Of a stretch of 64,000 nt of DNA, positions 38,540 through 53,304 are shown one piece after another. The first letter of the stretch is position 1. Each line of letters opens with the position of its first letter. A program made the position numbers and the translations under genes. Origin of the DNA: Octopus sinensis. Lineage: Eukaryota. The notes under the pieces are model-generated. The model searched no databases. It was not told the DNA's origin and worked only from the letters and a program-made list of their open reading frames with translations. Location of the stretch: the NCBI RefSeq assembly GCF_006345805.1, contig NC_042997.1, forward strand, positions 173,476,001-173,540,000. The letters run 5' to 3'.

Positions 38540-41230
38540 AACCCCACAGATCCAGGATCTCCCTGACCACCGACAGCACGGGCCCACTCCCAACTGTTGT
38601 TCATTAATATACTGGGCCATGCTTAGAATAGTTCTATTCATTTAACCATTTTCGCTACAGTCAGCCACCTTTTTACTAATCCTCTTTGAGGTAGCACAAC
38701 CCTTTCCATCCTCACTTTCCTCTCAAAGAGCAACTTTGAAAAGGAAATTGATGTAGGTTCTTGACCGAAGACAAATGTATCTTTCCTTAGTACTTTCAGC
38801 CTCGTCCATCACACAAGTTCTTTCATCATAGCAACACAGCTTGCCCTGTCTGGGTAAAGGTGGGTGATAAAACGACCCTCACAATGAAATCGGTTAATAA
38901 TCGAATTTGTTCTACATGCAACAACAATTGTTCAACAACACCTCCACGATTCAACAATGATCAGAATTTGCCCTACTGTTTTGTCGCTCCGCGCATATAT
39001 CGGGTTGTCCTGCCTGGTGCATTTCGAGCTTGCAGTGTTAACCTCGAACCGGCAGTGCTCTTCGTTAGGATTGTCAGGCGAGGCATTTCTGGAAGTTATC
39101 CATGGTAGTTGCCAGCCCACCAAATCCTCTGAAACAGAGCAGTTAGTCCGAGAATTTCATCACATCACTAGATCTCTATATATTGCTGACGTAGAACTTG
39201 CACCGACCACATTTCTTATCTGCTAGAAGTGACGAAATTCCAGGAACCAAGTACAATGTTAGATTTTTTCTTGAACCAGGATTGCAGCTCTGTGAAGGAA
39301 ATGAGTTGTGGAAAGGTCTCTCAAACGATGACCACACTGTCTTACTGGCCAGGAAAATCCGTAGGTAACGTAACCTCAACACTTGTCTGCAGATCAGCAG
39401 CCACTGAGAGCTAAGTCTGCCTTCCAGACGGTAATGGCAGCAGATGGACCGCCTGACCAATGAAACGTATCCTTTCCCAGAAAGCAGAGTAGCAGACGTT
39501 ATAGTTTGGCTACACGTAGACTTGGCAGAAAACAACGGTCAGATGATAAGTTATTACAGGAATGAATGATTATTTGTTTTGTTGGAAACAAGTATCCAAA
39601 CGTTTTTGGACAATACAAGGAAGAAATGCAAATTCACAAATGTGGGACATGCGTCGAGTACAAAGAAGTGTATAAAAAGTAAAAATAAAACCACAAAAAT
39701 TTTCTTCCCTAATAGAAGGAAGTACACTTCGAGTAATTCGAGGCAAACCCGACACAAAGGTCCGGATTCATAACATCAATTCTACTCTCATCAAATTAGT
39801 TATATCTATTCAACTACACTACTTCCATTCATCTTTGTTAAAACATAGAACGCAGTACACATTGTTGTGGAGGCGCAATGGCCCAGTGGTTAGGGCAGCG
39901 GACTCGCGGTCATAGGATCGCGGTTTCGATTCCCAGACCGGGCGTTGTGAGTGTTTATTGAGCGAAAACACCTAAAGCTCCACGAGGCTCCGGCAGGGGA
40001 TGGTGGTGATCCCTGCTGTACTCTTTCACCACAACTTTCTCTCACTTTTACTTCCTGTTTCTGTTGTACCTGTATTTCAAAGGGCAGGCCTTGTCACTCT
40101 CTGTGTCACGCTGAATATCCCCGAGAACTACGTTAAGGGTACACGTGTCTGTGGAGTGCTCAGCCACTTACACGTTAATTTCACGAGCAGGCTGTTCCGT
40201 TGATTCGGATCAACCGGAACCCTCGTCGTCGTAACCGACGGAGTGCTTCCATCCAGTACACATTGTATACCTTCGTCTTCTAAATCGTGTGGCACCTAAA
40301 GAACGCGATGAGAGCTTGACCAAAGATGATAATGCCTGTATTCAAATCTTTCCAGATAAGACCACAACTCAACTTCTTTGGCCATAGCGACCAGGCAGAT
40401 AAAGACTGGATGCCTTCCTAGCAAAATGGCGTAATAAATTTTTACTGTTATTCTGGCTGACAAACAGATTTACCTTACTGCAATAGCTCTAACGTTAACG
40501 TGCATAATGGTTTCTCACCATGCGCACATCTAGAACCTCCTATTCTGTTTACTTATCTCTTTACTAAATCTAAAAGATGCTACTGCTGATTTTCTGTTCA
40601 GCAATGCCCATCACTTGATGATAGCTCTCGTCGATTTCCGCACAAGTAGTCTGCTAATCAGGCCTCTGAAATACTTCTGCACTGAAAAGAGTACATTCAA
40701 TTTCCAGTAACCGGGTCGCTCTCTAGTAGTTTGTTCTAAGTTGATTGCACAGGTCGCAAATTTGTGGTACGAAACTTTAAGCAGCTTCCGCTAATCCTCT
40801 CTGCTAATCTAGTAAAATCTATTTTAAATTGCCTGGCTAAGCAGTTGCAATTTATCCAAGTCTACACAGAACCTTTGGGAAATCAAGCCGGATCTGTCAA
40901 AGAGTAGAAGGTACCTAAGATATGCGAAGGTTCTGTACACCTCTCTTATTATCTGCTCCCACATAATCACTACGAGAGTTCAAAGTGTCATTTCAATCAT
41001 CAGAAATGTTCTTTAGCGTCCGAAAGGAATCCAATGTGTGCTCAGTTGGGATGTACACGGCCACTAATCTAATGAAAGAAAAAAAACATATTTATATCTG
41101 GTTTAGGGACGTCCAAAATAGAACCGCTGCACTCCTCGATTTGAGTAGATTGAAAAAGTTGTAGATTTCATAGTCACCCAGAAAGTGGCGCGAGTGATTT
41201 CGTCTCAGATGTCCTAGTCTTACTAATGGC
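38540..41230 (-). mobile_element. Heavily degraded L1/Tx1-type LINE ORF2 relic
   Basis: Minus-strand remnants: RLVAVYIP (~41065) and PGYWKLN (~40705) from the APE endonuclease region; MDNFQK..A..RRALPVR (~39100, zf-RVT-like); KELV*WTRLK and RKVRMERVVL near the C-terminus. Many stops. Confidence 0.75.
39866..40253 (+). mobile_element. tRNA-derived SINE family C, tail type 2, with 13-bp TSD
   Basis: TSD CAGTACACATTGT (39853-39865, 40254-40266); nearly identical to 62812-63203. Confidence 0.93.
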
Positions 41231-41809
41231 TACCATATCTAGATATAGTGATCTAAACGACATTGATTAAATACATTTATACAGTCAACTTTCTCTAAAT
41301 TTATTTAAGCTAGAGAAGAGGAAAAAATAACGACACAGTCATCCTAGGATTCTTTTGCAGAACCCCTTATACGGGTCCTCCAAAATCCTTAAAGGTGAAC
41401 TGTATTTAACGTTTTCCATACCATATGAAAACAGCGAGGTCTCTTCAGTTGGGTACCATGTCGAGACCTTTCCTTGAGGGTGGATCTGTAAAAATAAGTG
41501 TTATTCCATACACCGACAATTTTATAGGTCTTTATCATATAAAACACATGGTTATCAGTCATCCAAAACAGCTATAAATTTAAGACTCATACATCATTCC
41601 ATTTATTTACTTGTATTCCATGCATATACACTCATTACACCTGCTTTTGTTTGTCTCTCCATTTTTACTTCTATATTCGATCGACGAAGATCGTTCTTAT
41701 AACCTACTTCATACACCAGAGATGCCCTTCTTGGTTGGAATTTAAGTTTCGGTTTATCTTAGCATTACTTGGTGACTTTCGATAACACGCTCACCTACAT
41801 ATTTCCCTC

Positions 41810-41849
<40 letters not shown>

Positions 41850-41999
41850 ATCACAGTAAGGTCTTAGTTAAGTTCCTTTAGCATTAAAATGATATATAAA
41901 GTTTGAATTTTGTTTTTAAAAATATTTACTTCTGTCTTTGATATGCTGTTGTAAATATCTTACGAAATGTATAAATTTCAAAAACTGATTTTGAATGTT

Positions 42000-42044
<45 letters not shown>

Positions 42045-43554
42045 TCCCACCAATGCTGAAAACTGAACAATTATCTCCCCTGTCCACAATAATAACGATA
42101 ACCAATTACATCCCCGTAGATTTTGCTAATTGTTGAGTCGTTCATTCATAATCTCCATACACAATATGGACAAAAAATTCTTCTTAAGAAAATACGTATT
42201 TAAATAAATTTTAGTGTCATGAATAGCGAAAGCGAAACCGGTCGACAACCACAATACAATATATATTAAAAATTATATGAAAACTATGTAAAGCGTGTGC
42301 ATTTTCCTTCTTTAATTTCTTATATATATATACTTACGTGTGTATGTGTACATGTGTGTGTGTAATCGTACATATATATGCACACATCCACACACTTCCG
42401 TTCCGTACATTCACATTTAAATCTATGTGCCTATCTACTTGTTTGTCTGTATCCCATTGCTCTGTCTCTGTCTCTCTGTTTCTCTCTCCGTTTCACTCTC
42501 TCTTTCTGTGCAAGTGTATGCAAGTGTGTGTGCGTGTGTGTACGTGTGTATGTGCGTGTGTGTATGAGTGTGTCTGTCTGTGTGTGTACGTAGGCACATA
42601 TTTACACGAATTTACACACGGACGCATCCATACACTCAAAAACATCTAGCACATGCACATACACCATTATAGACACACCGACAACACAAATATATAAAAA
42701 CACGCACACACATACACACAGATACAAACATCCAAAAATACACACATATATACACAAACATACACAAGGATGCACACATGCTAGAGAGACTTGAAGAAAA
42801 CACAATGTTAAGATCGTAGAATGACATATCCATTATTCAATATTGTTTCTTCCCCCTCTTTGTCTTGTTTTCTTTTCTCTTTTCCCCCTCCTTCCAAGTC
42901 TTCAGGGAATTATCTGATCTTAGCTTTGGTAACATATGACAACAAAGACATCTGAATTATTTTAGAATTCCTTAAAAAAAAAAAATCCCTACCACCTGCA
43001 ACCCGACACCCGACTCCCACCACCCGATTCTCATTCATCAAGGTAACAGACGTGTCTCACCTTTCTATTTGGCATTGTGTTGCGTCATTTGTTTTTGTTA
43101 AAAATCAAATTCTTGTGATTCTCTTTTTGCGTGCAAGAACGGCCATGTGGTTAAATGTCGACTTCGCAAATTCATGGTTCCAAGTTCGATCGCCACCGCG
43201 TGGCGCTTTGGCTGATTGTATTCTTCTCTAATGAACATAAACCAGTAAAATGTATAGAAATCTGTCTGATAGGATTGTATCTGCTCTTTGGTAGATACTG
43301 GTGTAGTTGAAGTATGAGCTGTCCGGGTCACCTCTTGAGTGTGCACCCTCTCCCCAGGGCCGGCGGCTTCACATCTTACTCAGGCATACACAGCAAACTC
43401 AACAGTGTTGTCCTCCGTAAAAGCGTCACTCGGGACGGACAGTCCTACTCGCGTTCATCCTAGCTACACTCCTGTTGGTTATAGACTCCACTCATGACAC
43501 TAGCATGTAGCTCTTAACCACCCTATGCAAGCAGTCGCGCTAGATACATAAAAT

Positions 43555-44545
43555 GAAAATTACTTGATATCTTGATGTTCTGATTCCTATTCCAGCGACA
43601 ATAAGTCCTGGTTTTTCTCTCTCATTGCTCCCATCATTCTGGAAGGCCTGACTGCAAATTGGTGCTACAAATCCATTGCTGGCTTTAACAAAGAAAAGCT
43701 GATGCGTACCGTTATGTAGGCGCAAAAATATTTCTTATTTTTAATCACTAGACACAAAAGCACTATATTTCTGAGGTGCGTGAGATAAAAATAGGGCAAG
43801 TTTGTACTTTTCTCTTTGAATATCTATCAGCCTTTCCTTCCTTGCTTCCATTGTTTCTCATCAGCGAGTCCCCACGTTAACCACCTCTTTCACAAAGACA
43901 TTCTGATGCATTTTTCTCATCAGCGTATTTCTTGCATATGTTGACATGCAGTTGCTTAAAACTGGAAAAAAAACTAACGCGATTAATACCACCAGTGTCA
44001 GAGGTGAAGTAGACATCATGAATGCCACACCAACCTCTGACTAATTCGCTAAAAATGAGCCAAGTGGTATCAAATATCTTCACGTAACTGTGTCTGTTGG
44101 TTACTGAATTATTGAAACCCCACCCGATTTTTAACTGTGATATCTACAATTACGTGTTGCATAAAACACGGCATTAACTAAATTATTTAAATCATTATGG
44201 AAAATACGGAACAAAACTCTGGACATATTTCGGTGTTAAGCGCCTTTGATGAAGGATAGTTTTTAACGTATTTTCTTAATGATAGAAGGATCTACAAGAC
44301 CGTACATGACTGGGGTGACTACACAAAGGAAAGCTGCAAATGGACACTACTGAGTTTACAAAGGGCAGCAGATTAGCAAAACCGGTAAAGTGCATCAGAT
44401 TTTTTAACTTACAGACAGTAATGGATTAGCAGCGCCCATAACTTTGCTGTAGGGCCTTCCAGACTGGTGGGAACAAAGAGAGAAAAACCAGGACACATTG
44501 TTGTTGTAATAGGAATCAGTACATCAAGATATCGGGTAAAATGCC
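43555..44545. repeat. Diverged inverted repeat (arms ~43555-43715 and ~44380-44545)
   Basis: GATATCTTGATGT.CTGATTCCTATT...TCCTGGTTTTTCTCTC...CTGGAAGGCC matches its reverse complement. Confidence 0.8.
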
Positions 44546-44739
44546 TTATAACACTTGACTGCGTCTCTCTAGGTTCTGGGTTGAAATCCTGTCGTCCCTC
44601 TGGGCCGGTCAATAAAATAAAGTATCTTTTAAAGGAGAACCGATTGATTTTGTCATAAATACTTCTCGTTCAATTCTTCAACCAAGAACTTTAACACCCT
44701 GAAATTCCCACTGCCATCCACTTCTCCGCTGCTTATACC

Positions 44740-44970
44740 TATTTCTTTACTACCCACAAGGGGCTAAACACAGAGGGGACAAACAAGGACAGACAAACGG
44801 ATTAAGTCGATTATATCGACCCCAGTGCGTAACTGGTACTAAATTTATCGACCCCGAAAGGATGAAAGGTAAAGTCGACCTCGGCGGAATTTGAACTCAG
44901 AACGTTACAGCAGACGAAATACGGCTACGCATTTCGCTCGGCGTGCTAACGTTTCTGCCAGCTCGCCGCC
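44740..44970 (-). mobile_element. SINE family A
   Basis: Full-length match. Confidence 0.9.
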
Positions 44971-46261
44971 TGTACCGACCCACAGATGCTTAAACTGACT
45001 ATGGTCATCTGTATTAATTTCACCAGCCTGAGAATGCCTGCACATGTCTTGAGCACTGTGCACTCTCCCCTCTCCACTGATTATTTTAATAAAGAAGTAT
45101 TGAATTCCATGATTTATAATAGTTTACCGAGATTTAAAATTACCCGGTTTTAGATACTGCGTATCATCCATTAACACATCTGTTAAACCGCATATTTGTT
45201 CATGTTTCCAAAGAAACAGAACTTTGTTTGTAGAAACAAGAAAACAATATTTAGCAAGTTATGTTTTTCTGTTCATGACGAACTTACTGTTTGATTGTCA
45301 GTTTGCTCAAATTCTTCTTAAACTTGATTCACCTCTTTAAACATTCATATTTTTCTTGAATTTGTATAAAGAATGATCTCCAAGAAATTATTATGTTTCT
45401 CTTGTTTCTAATGTATAGTCTTAATAAATATTTCTTTAACTGAATTTAGCTTAATCTGCATATCAAAATCTGAATTTCTGAAGAGAAGGAAAGAAAATTA
45501 TATTATAGCCCCAGGTGTAATTGTATTCGATTATGAAAATTTAATTATGTTTAGAAAAATTAAACATTCACTAATAATTTATATAATCTTCCACACTGTA
45601 TTTGCAGCTGAAAATTCCATAATGGAATTGACGTAGCCATTATGGCTGATGCATAGTATGATTTCAACATAATCTTCTCGTAAATATTTAAAGAGCAGCT
45701 TTTTATCAACGATAACAGAATCATTCTGTGCCTTGTATTTAATGGCGTTTTTATATCAGCTGGTTGTAGCAAACGCTGTAATATGGCGTTAAGTTGTCAG
45801 CTATTTCGACTCCGCCTCTCCGTTTCGAATCTCAATTGCCGTCTTTTTCAACACATTTACACTGCTTTTTCGACTGGAAAAAAGTAAGAAAGAAAGAAAG
45901 AATGCTTCCACATCTTAATTTCTTTCTTTTAAATTTAATTTCAACTGATTCCTAAATTTGAGGGAAGTAGTTCTTCTGCTTTTAGCTAGTCGAGCGTCTA
46001 CATTGAGGCTTCTTTCGTTAGTTTGTAGTATTATCATCATATATTTTATGTGTTTGTGAATAGTGTTGTTCTGCAGTTAATATGGTTACAATTTAGATAT
46101 ATTCAATTCTGTCGCTACTGCATTTATGGTGCTATGAACATAATTAATCACGTTTTCTTCAAAAAAGATATCATTTAATAACACTTTTAGTAATAATTTT
46201 ACTAATACTTTCAATATTTCAACATTGGGTCTTCTTTTCTTTTTCCCATGGCAGAATATTT

Positions 46262-46490
46262 ATTCTTTATTGCTCACAGGGGGCTAAACATAGAGGGGAC
46301 AAACAAGGACAGACAAAGGGATTAAGTCGATTATATCGACCCCAGTGTGTATCTGGTACTTATTTAATCGACCCCGAAAGGATGAAAGGCAAAGTCAACC
46401 TCGGCGGAATTTGAACTCAGAACGTAGCGGCAGACGAAATACTGCTAAGTATTTCGCCCGGCGTGCTACGATTCTGCCAGCTCGCCGCCT
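46262..46490 (-). mobile_element. SINE family A
   Basis: Full-length match. Confidence 0.9.
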
Positions 46491-46843
46491 TCCCATGACG
46501 CAATATTTCAAATGACTGAAGATGAGAATGGCAAAATCAATGGGATGCTCACATAAATTTTTGGTTTATCCACTTCCCAATTTTAGCTACGGTCGCTTCC
46601 TCTTCTGATTTCAGTTCCTAACCAGATCAATCTTTTCCTGTCATTCTTTCCGTGATTGGTAACTATAAGCGATAGTGGGATGCGATGTTGAGTTTTACAG
46701 AGTCTGACAAAACGCCTTTCCATATTTCTTCTGGCTTTTTGTTATTCTCTCAGGTCAGACACCCTTCAAATTTCATATTCGCATTTCATTCTTCCCAGAT
46801 AAGTATAACACCAGTCATATACTGGAGTAGAGTCTTCTTCTTC

Positions 46844-46875
<32 letters not shown>

Positions 46876-47233
46876 CTTCTTCTTCTTCTTCTTCTTCTTC
46901 TTCTTCTCTTCTTCTTCTTCTCCTCCTCCTCCTCCTTTCCGCTCAGTCTTTCTGTTTTTGTCTGTCCGTCTGTCTGTCTCTCTCTCCCTCTCTCTCTCTC
47001 CCCCCTCCCCCTCTCTCTCTCATTGAATCGATAACTTTGCTTCGTGAAAAGGATGGATTGTGAGAAACCACTTAAATGCCAGTTCCCTAGCATTGGAAAT
47101 GGGTTCAGCGAGTGGGTAGCAAACATGATATGCTTTTTACAATCGTCGAACCATGAATGGACCATTGTGCAGAATAGAAGTACAGATATTATTTACATTT
47201 TGACGGATATTTGTCCTCATCTTGTTTGTTGTT

Positions 47234-47279
47234 AACTCAACGTTTCGGCTGATATAGCCTCCAGCCTTCATCAGATGTC
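47234..47279 (-). ncRNA. Minimal type I hammerhead motif, canonical core
   Basis: Reverse complement GACAT-CTGATGA-A-GGCTG-GAGGCTATAT-CAGCC-GAAAC-GT-T-GAGTT. Confidence 0.75.
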
Positions 47280-47339
47280 TTGGGGAAATTTCGAATCTGG
47301 GTTCTCATTCCTGAGGTATTTTTCGATGTTATTATTATT

Positions 47340-47795
47340 GAGTGTGAGAGTAGTGCATGCCATCAAAGTGACACTGGGGTAAAATATACGAAGCCCAGTA
47401 TACCCATCATGACTACCCGTCTGATAACGGTACACCAGGTACATGCATCACAACCATATGCGCGCGACATAGTGATCTCATATCAAGATAAACAGCACAT
47501 GACCTTGCAGGTGGGGCCCAGTTAGAATTTTCTTCTGGTCGAGTAACCCATCCCGCTCAAAAGGTCCCTGAATAAGGGTTGTTTAAGGATGTTGAAAGAA
47601 ACACCCATGTTTCCAGAGGTGAATTATTCAAACCCCCCAAAGAATCCCTCTCAACATACGGCTATGATGCTCCCCCACTACTTCTGCTCGTTATCAGAGA
47701 TGCACATATCGTCAGCCACTAAGGGATATGCTCAACTGGTTACGGTCAAACAAATTACAAGCAAATCTGTGGCATTGAGCAGAATATTTGCTGTA
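47340..47795 (-). mobile_element. Unclassified insertion into an (AAT)n tract, probably a retroelement 3' end
   Basis: Splits the microsatellite of the host element; ends in AATAATAAT on the minus strand. Confidence 0.55.
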
Positions 47796-47984
47796 GTTGT
47801 TGTTGTTGTTATTATTATTATTATTATTATTGAAGTCGCTACCTGAAATCGAAATCGGAATCTTGGGGCTGGTAGTTCGTGCTCTTAACCACTACGACAA
47901 TATCGTGGAGTCGGGTGCATTAACACTTTTCGCAATATATATATTAACATTGGAAGCCGCTATTTGCAATAATAGCTTTAAATT

Positions 47985-49500
47985 TTGGCACTAGGCTAGC
48001 AAGTTCGGGAGGAGGGGCTAAGTCGATTACATCGACCCCAAGTGCTCAACTGGTACCTATTTTATCAATCCGGAAAGGATGAAATGCAAAATTGACCCTC
48101 TGTGAAATTTGAATTCAGGCTGTAAAGACGGACGATATGCCTTTGAGAATTTTTCCCGGTGTGCTAACGATTCTTCCAGTTCGCCGCCTTATCTATTTGT
48201 AATAATTACACGGAGCATCATGGAATGAGAGGTAAACGCTTCCATCCCGCAAAGCAAAACTATGAGAAGGTTTTGATTCAGTCTTCGAGAACTTGAGAAG
48301 TTCTTCAGACTAAACCAATTTCAATAAATTCCCACAAAGGTTATGTTTCATTTTGTGTTATTTACACAGCAAATAATTGTTGTTTTCTAAGTCAGCGTTC
48401 CAATCATAGCCATCATATATTATATTTAGATTTCGTGCACACAGGACAAAGCTATCCAAAGTAAACCGTTGTCCTTTTAAGACAACAGGATTTAATTCGA
48501 AGGCTGTTTGGCTGCAACGAAGAAGTTTCTACATAAGTGCTTGACCAGATAAAAACAGCAATCAAGTTACCGTCAAATCACGCTTAAAAAAAAAATGAAG
48601 ACTAAAGTGTAGTCTTAACTGCGCTAAACACAAAGCTCCTTTAAGGCACAATTTTGCGGTGCCCTTCTTCACCCAGTGAAGTCGGCATCCTTATTTATAG
48701 TTGTCACAAAAATTAACAATTGTAAAGAAATTATTTTCAAAAATTCTAACAAACTGTATGGTATAATAATGATTTAGAATTTTGGCACAAGGCTAGCAAT
48801 TTCAGGGGCGGGAGAAAGTCGAGTATATTGACACCAGTGCTCAACTGGTACTTATTTTATCGACTCAAAAAGGATGATAAAGTAGACCGCAGCGGAATTT
48901 GAACTCAGAACATGAAGACGGACAAAATGCTAAACATTTTGCCCGGTGTGTTAATGATTCTACTAGCTTGCAACCTTATTATGCAGTATAATAATGTAAT
49001 GTGATATAGTGAAATATAATCCTTTCCACTGTAGGTACAAGGCCTGAAATTTAGGGGAGAGGGACTAGTCGATTAAATCGACTCCAGTGCTCCACTGGTA
49101 CTTATTTCATCGACCCCGAAAAGATGAAAGGCAAAGTCAACCTCGGCGGAATATGAACTCAGCACGTAAAGACGAACGAAATGCCACTAATGCCCGACGT
49201 GCTAACGATTCTTCCAGCTCGCCGCCTTCAATGTAATGTAATAAACACATATATGTTTGTCTATATATGAAGGCGGCGAGCTGGCAGAATCGTTAGCACG
49301 CCGGGCGAAATGCTGATCGGTATTTCGTCTGCCGCTACGTTCTGAGTTCAAATTCCGCCGAGGTCGACTTTGCCTTTCATCCTTTCGGGGTCGATTAAAT
49401 AAGTACCAGTTACGCACTGGGGTCGATATAATCGACTTAATCTGTTTGTCTGTCATTGTTTGTCCTCTCTGTGTTTAGCCCCTTGTGGGCAATAAAGAAA
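47985..49500. mobile_element. Cluster of SINE A copies: 47985-48190(-), 48780-48975(-), 49030-49228(-), 49271-49500(+)
   Basis: Core and head motifs in each copy. Confidence 0.85.
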
Positions 49501-50317
49501 GACATATATGTTTGTGTACGTGTGAGTGTGTGTGTGAGAGAGACAGAGAGTATGTATTTATGCATGTGTGCATGCATGTATGTATGTATGTATGCGCATG
49601 CACAAACATACGCACACACAGAGACACATACACACACACACACACACACACACTATAATACATATGCCTGTGTGTACGATCGAAATAAATAAATACTCCC
49701 GAAGATATGGTATGTTAAACTCAATATCATGTTTAAAAACGTTAACACACCATCATCATCATCATAAACAGGATAGCGATGATGACGACTCGCACTACCA
49801 CCATCTTCACCACACCCACCCACCCGACTACCACGACCGCCATCATCACCACCTTCACCATAGTTCTCCTCTCTTCATCATAATCACCATCATTATCATA
49901 GTCACTAACCACCACCACCACCACCAACACCACCACTACCACCACCACCACTACCACCACCACCACCACCACTACCACCACCACCACCACCATTACCACC
50001 ACTACCACCACCACCACCATCACCACACCACCACCATTACCACCATCACCACCACCACCACCACGTTAAGCTTAAACAACAGCAACATCGCATTAAACTT
50101 AAACAACGACATCGACAACAACAACAACAGCAACAACAACAGCAACAGCAAAAACAATAAACCAAAACGCTTGTCTCTCGACTTGTCCTAAACTATGCAT
50201 TCATCATAGTTTAGAATAAACAATATTTCTAATGATGGGTAGACACCTGGTTACGTTGGATATTTAACATTTCATGTACGTACATACGTATGCATATATA
50301 AACGCACGTATATATAT

Positions 50318-50362
<45 letters not shown>

Positions 50363-50418
50363 TATATACACACACATATATATATATATATATACATACA
50401 TACATATATATATACGTA

Positions 50419-50476
<58 letters not shown>

Positions 50477-50490
50477 ATATATTATATATA

Positions 50491-50562
<72 letters not shown>

Positions 50563-51030
50563 ATTCTATGTATGAATGTGTATGTAATGGAAGTTGGGTG
50601 GACGAGTATGTCAGCTATGTTAGAATGAGCATGTTCCTGTCTTTCTCAGAGAATTCGGATATCTGTCGTAGATATTTCGTATAATAGAATGAAAAACTGT
50701 CCGTATGCATATACATACATATTGATGTTCTTCTTGCGCTTGCAAACGCATAATGGTATACGCACATATGCACCTTCCACCCGCCACACACATATATGTG
50801 TGTAGAGGAAGATTGAATATATATATATATATAACCGCATACACCAACGCATATGAATATTGTGTGTCTAGCACATACCAACAGAGATACATACATACCA
50901 CACGTGTACACGTATGCCCATACATACATGTTTATATGCGTATATAAACGTGTTTGTGTGTGTATGTGCGCACAACCCTTCAGTGTTTTGGTGTGATTGT
51001 ATGATTATCTTTACGTATGTATATAAGTAT

Positions 51031-51099
<69 letters not shown>

Positions 51100-51179
51100 A
51101 GTGTATATGCGTCTGTATGTTTCTGCATGTGTTTAAAACGCGTTCACGTCTGCTAATGTCTTTTGGTATGACAGCATGT

Positions 51180-51497
51180 ATATTTGTATGTATGCATGCA
51201 TGTATGTATTATGTATGTATGTATGTATGTATGTATGTATGTATGTATGTATGTATGTATGTATGTGTGTGTGTATGTGTATGTATGTATTTATGTGCGT
51301 ATGTATGTGCGTATGTATGTGCGTATGTATATATGTATGTATGTATGTATGTATGTGCGTGTGTATGTATGTATGTATGTATGTATGTATGTATGTATGT
51401 ATGTATGTGTGTGTGTATTTATGTATGTATGTATGTGTGTGTGTATGTGTATGTATGTATTTATGTGCGTATGTATGTGCGTATGTATGTGCGTATG

Positions 51498-51531
<34 letters not shown>

Positions 51532-51653
51532 TGTGCGTGTGTATGTATGTATGTATGTATGTATGTATGTGTGTGTGTACGTACGTACGTATGTATGTAT
51601 GTATGTATGTATGTATGTATGTATGTATGTATGCATGTGTGTATGAGTGTGTG

Positions 51654-51687
<34 letters not shown>

Positions 51688-51912
51688 TGTATGTATGTAT
51701 GTATGTGCGTGTGTATGTATGTATGTATGTATGTATGTATGTATGTATGTATGTATGTACGTGTATGTATGTATGTAAGTATGTATGTATGCATGTATGT
51801 ATGTATGTGTGTGTGTATGTATGCATGTACGTACGTATGTATGTATGTATGTATGTATGTATGTATGTATGTATGTATGTATGTATGTATGCGCGTATGT
51901 ATGTATGTATGT
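51180..51912. repeat. Long (TATG)n microsatellite with internal higher-order duplication
   Basis: Variant block TATTTATGTGCGTATGTATGTGCG recurs at ~51288 and ~51458. Confidence 0.95.
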
Positions 51913-52271
51913 GGAAAGTATTTTAATGAAGGAAACAGATAGAATAATTGTAGTTCGACGGGTTTGACATGAGTTGTAAACATCTGCCTCGCGAAATACT
52001 ATATCTGGATGAACTCTCCGTCTATCTCTCCCTCTCTTGCTCTGTCTGTCTATCTTTCTGTCTCTTCCTCTCTCACATACATTATACACACACACTCTCT
52101 CTGGCTCTCTATCTGTTTATGTATCTTTTCCTTTGAGTGTGTGTGTGTGTCTGTGTGTTTATGTGTTTGTGTGTGTGTGTATGTGCATATATATATATAT
52201 ATATATAATATATATAATATATATAATATATATATATATTATATATATATATATATATTATATATATATAA

Positions 52272-52500
52272 GGCGCGGCGAGCTGGCTGAATCGTTAGCA
52301 TGCCGGGCGAAATGCTTTGTGGTATTTCGTCCACCGCTGCGTTCTGAGTTCAAATTCTGCCGAGGTCGACTTTGCCTTTCATCCTTTCGGGGTCGATAAA
52401 TTAAGTACCAGTTACGCACTGGGGTCGATGTAATCGACTTAATCCGTTTGTCTGTCCTTGTTTGTCCCCTCTGTGTTTAGCCCCTTGTGGGTAGTAAAGA
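52272..52500 (+). mobile_element. SINE family A
   Basis: Full-length match. Confidence 0.9.
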
Positions 52501-53230
52501 AAAAAAAATATATGTATGTATGTATGTATGTATGTATATATATATATATGTAGCTATTTATCTATACAAACATACATATACATACATTCGCACGCGCACG
52601 CGCACACAAACACACATAGAAAGACGACGGCCTAGCAAGCATGGCTGTCGTCCAGTGACTAGAACCAATAAAGTGACACAAAGCTCAACAGGGAATACAT
52701 ATATATACCTATATATATATATGGATAATATATTCGATAAAGAAGCACACTTTAAAAGTTACAACGGTATTGTATTTACACGAAGTTAAATATATGTCCG
52801 GTCATAGAGTGACCAATGGTTTCGCATCCATAAAGTGCTTAGCGTTATAGACGTCTCGTCAGACTCCTATGGCCGCGAGCAATCCCGTATTTTTCTCGTC
52901 CACCAATTTATTCCGTCTTTGTCAATCGTCTTAAATTACATTTGTTTACTTTCCTACCCCCACTCTGTATCACTTTGTTTGTTCGAGCCCTTAATTTTCC
53001 GCGAATTTTACGGGTGCCGCCGATAAGTTCTCAGTGTTATCATTAAAAGAATGAAACTGTGTATTAACATTCGGTTGATAACTGATAAAGAATTAGAACC
53101 TTTTGTGTCTGTCCTACGTGTATGTTTTTTTAACCATCGTTGTTTATTTAATGCATTTTTTTAATTATTGAGTAACTAAACGCCACGCATCCCGACTTTA
53201 GTTAATAAGTCTTTCACACCACACCACACA

Positions 53231-53303
<73 letters not shown>

Positions 53304-53304
53304 C

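Larger units (their letters stand above)
47188..47900 (-). mobile_element. Second copy of the tRNA-head/(AAT)n/hammerhead element, interrupted by an insertion at 47340-47795
   Basis: 47188-47335 matches 863-1005; 47830-47897 matches 1155-1222. Confidence 0.85.

Noticed and set aside
49568-50191. His-rich 207-aa ORF
   Set aside because: (CAC)n/(CAT)n/(CAA)n microsatellite, and the start lies in another microsatellite.
51117-52095. Several ORFs of 230-320 aa
   Set aside because: Translations of (TATG)n.
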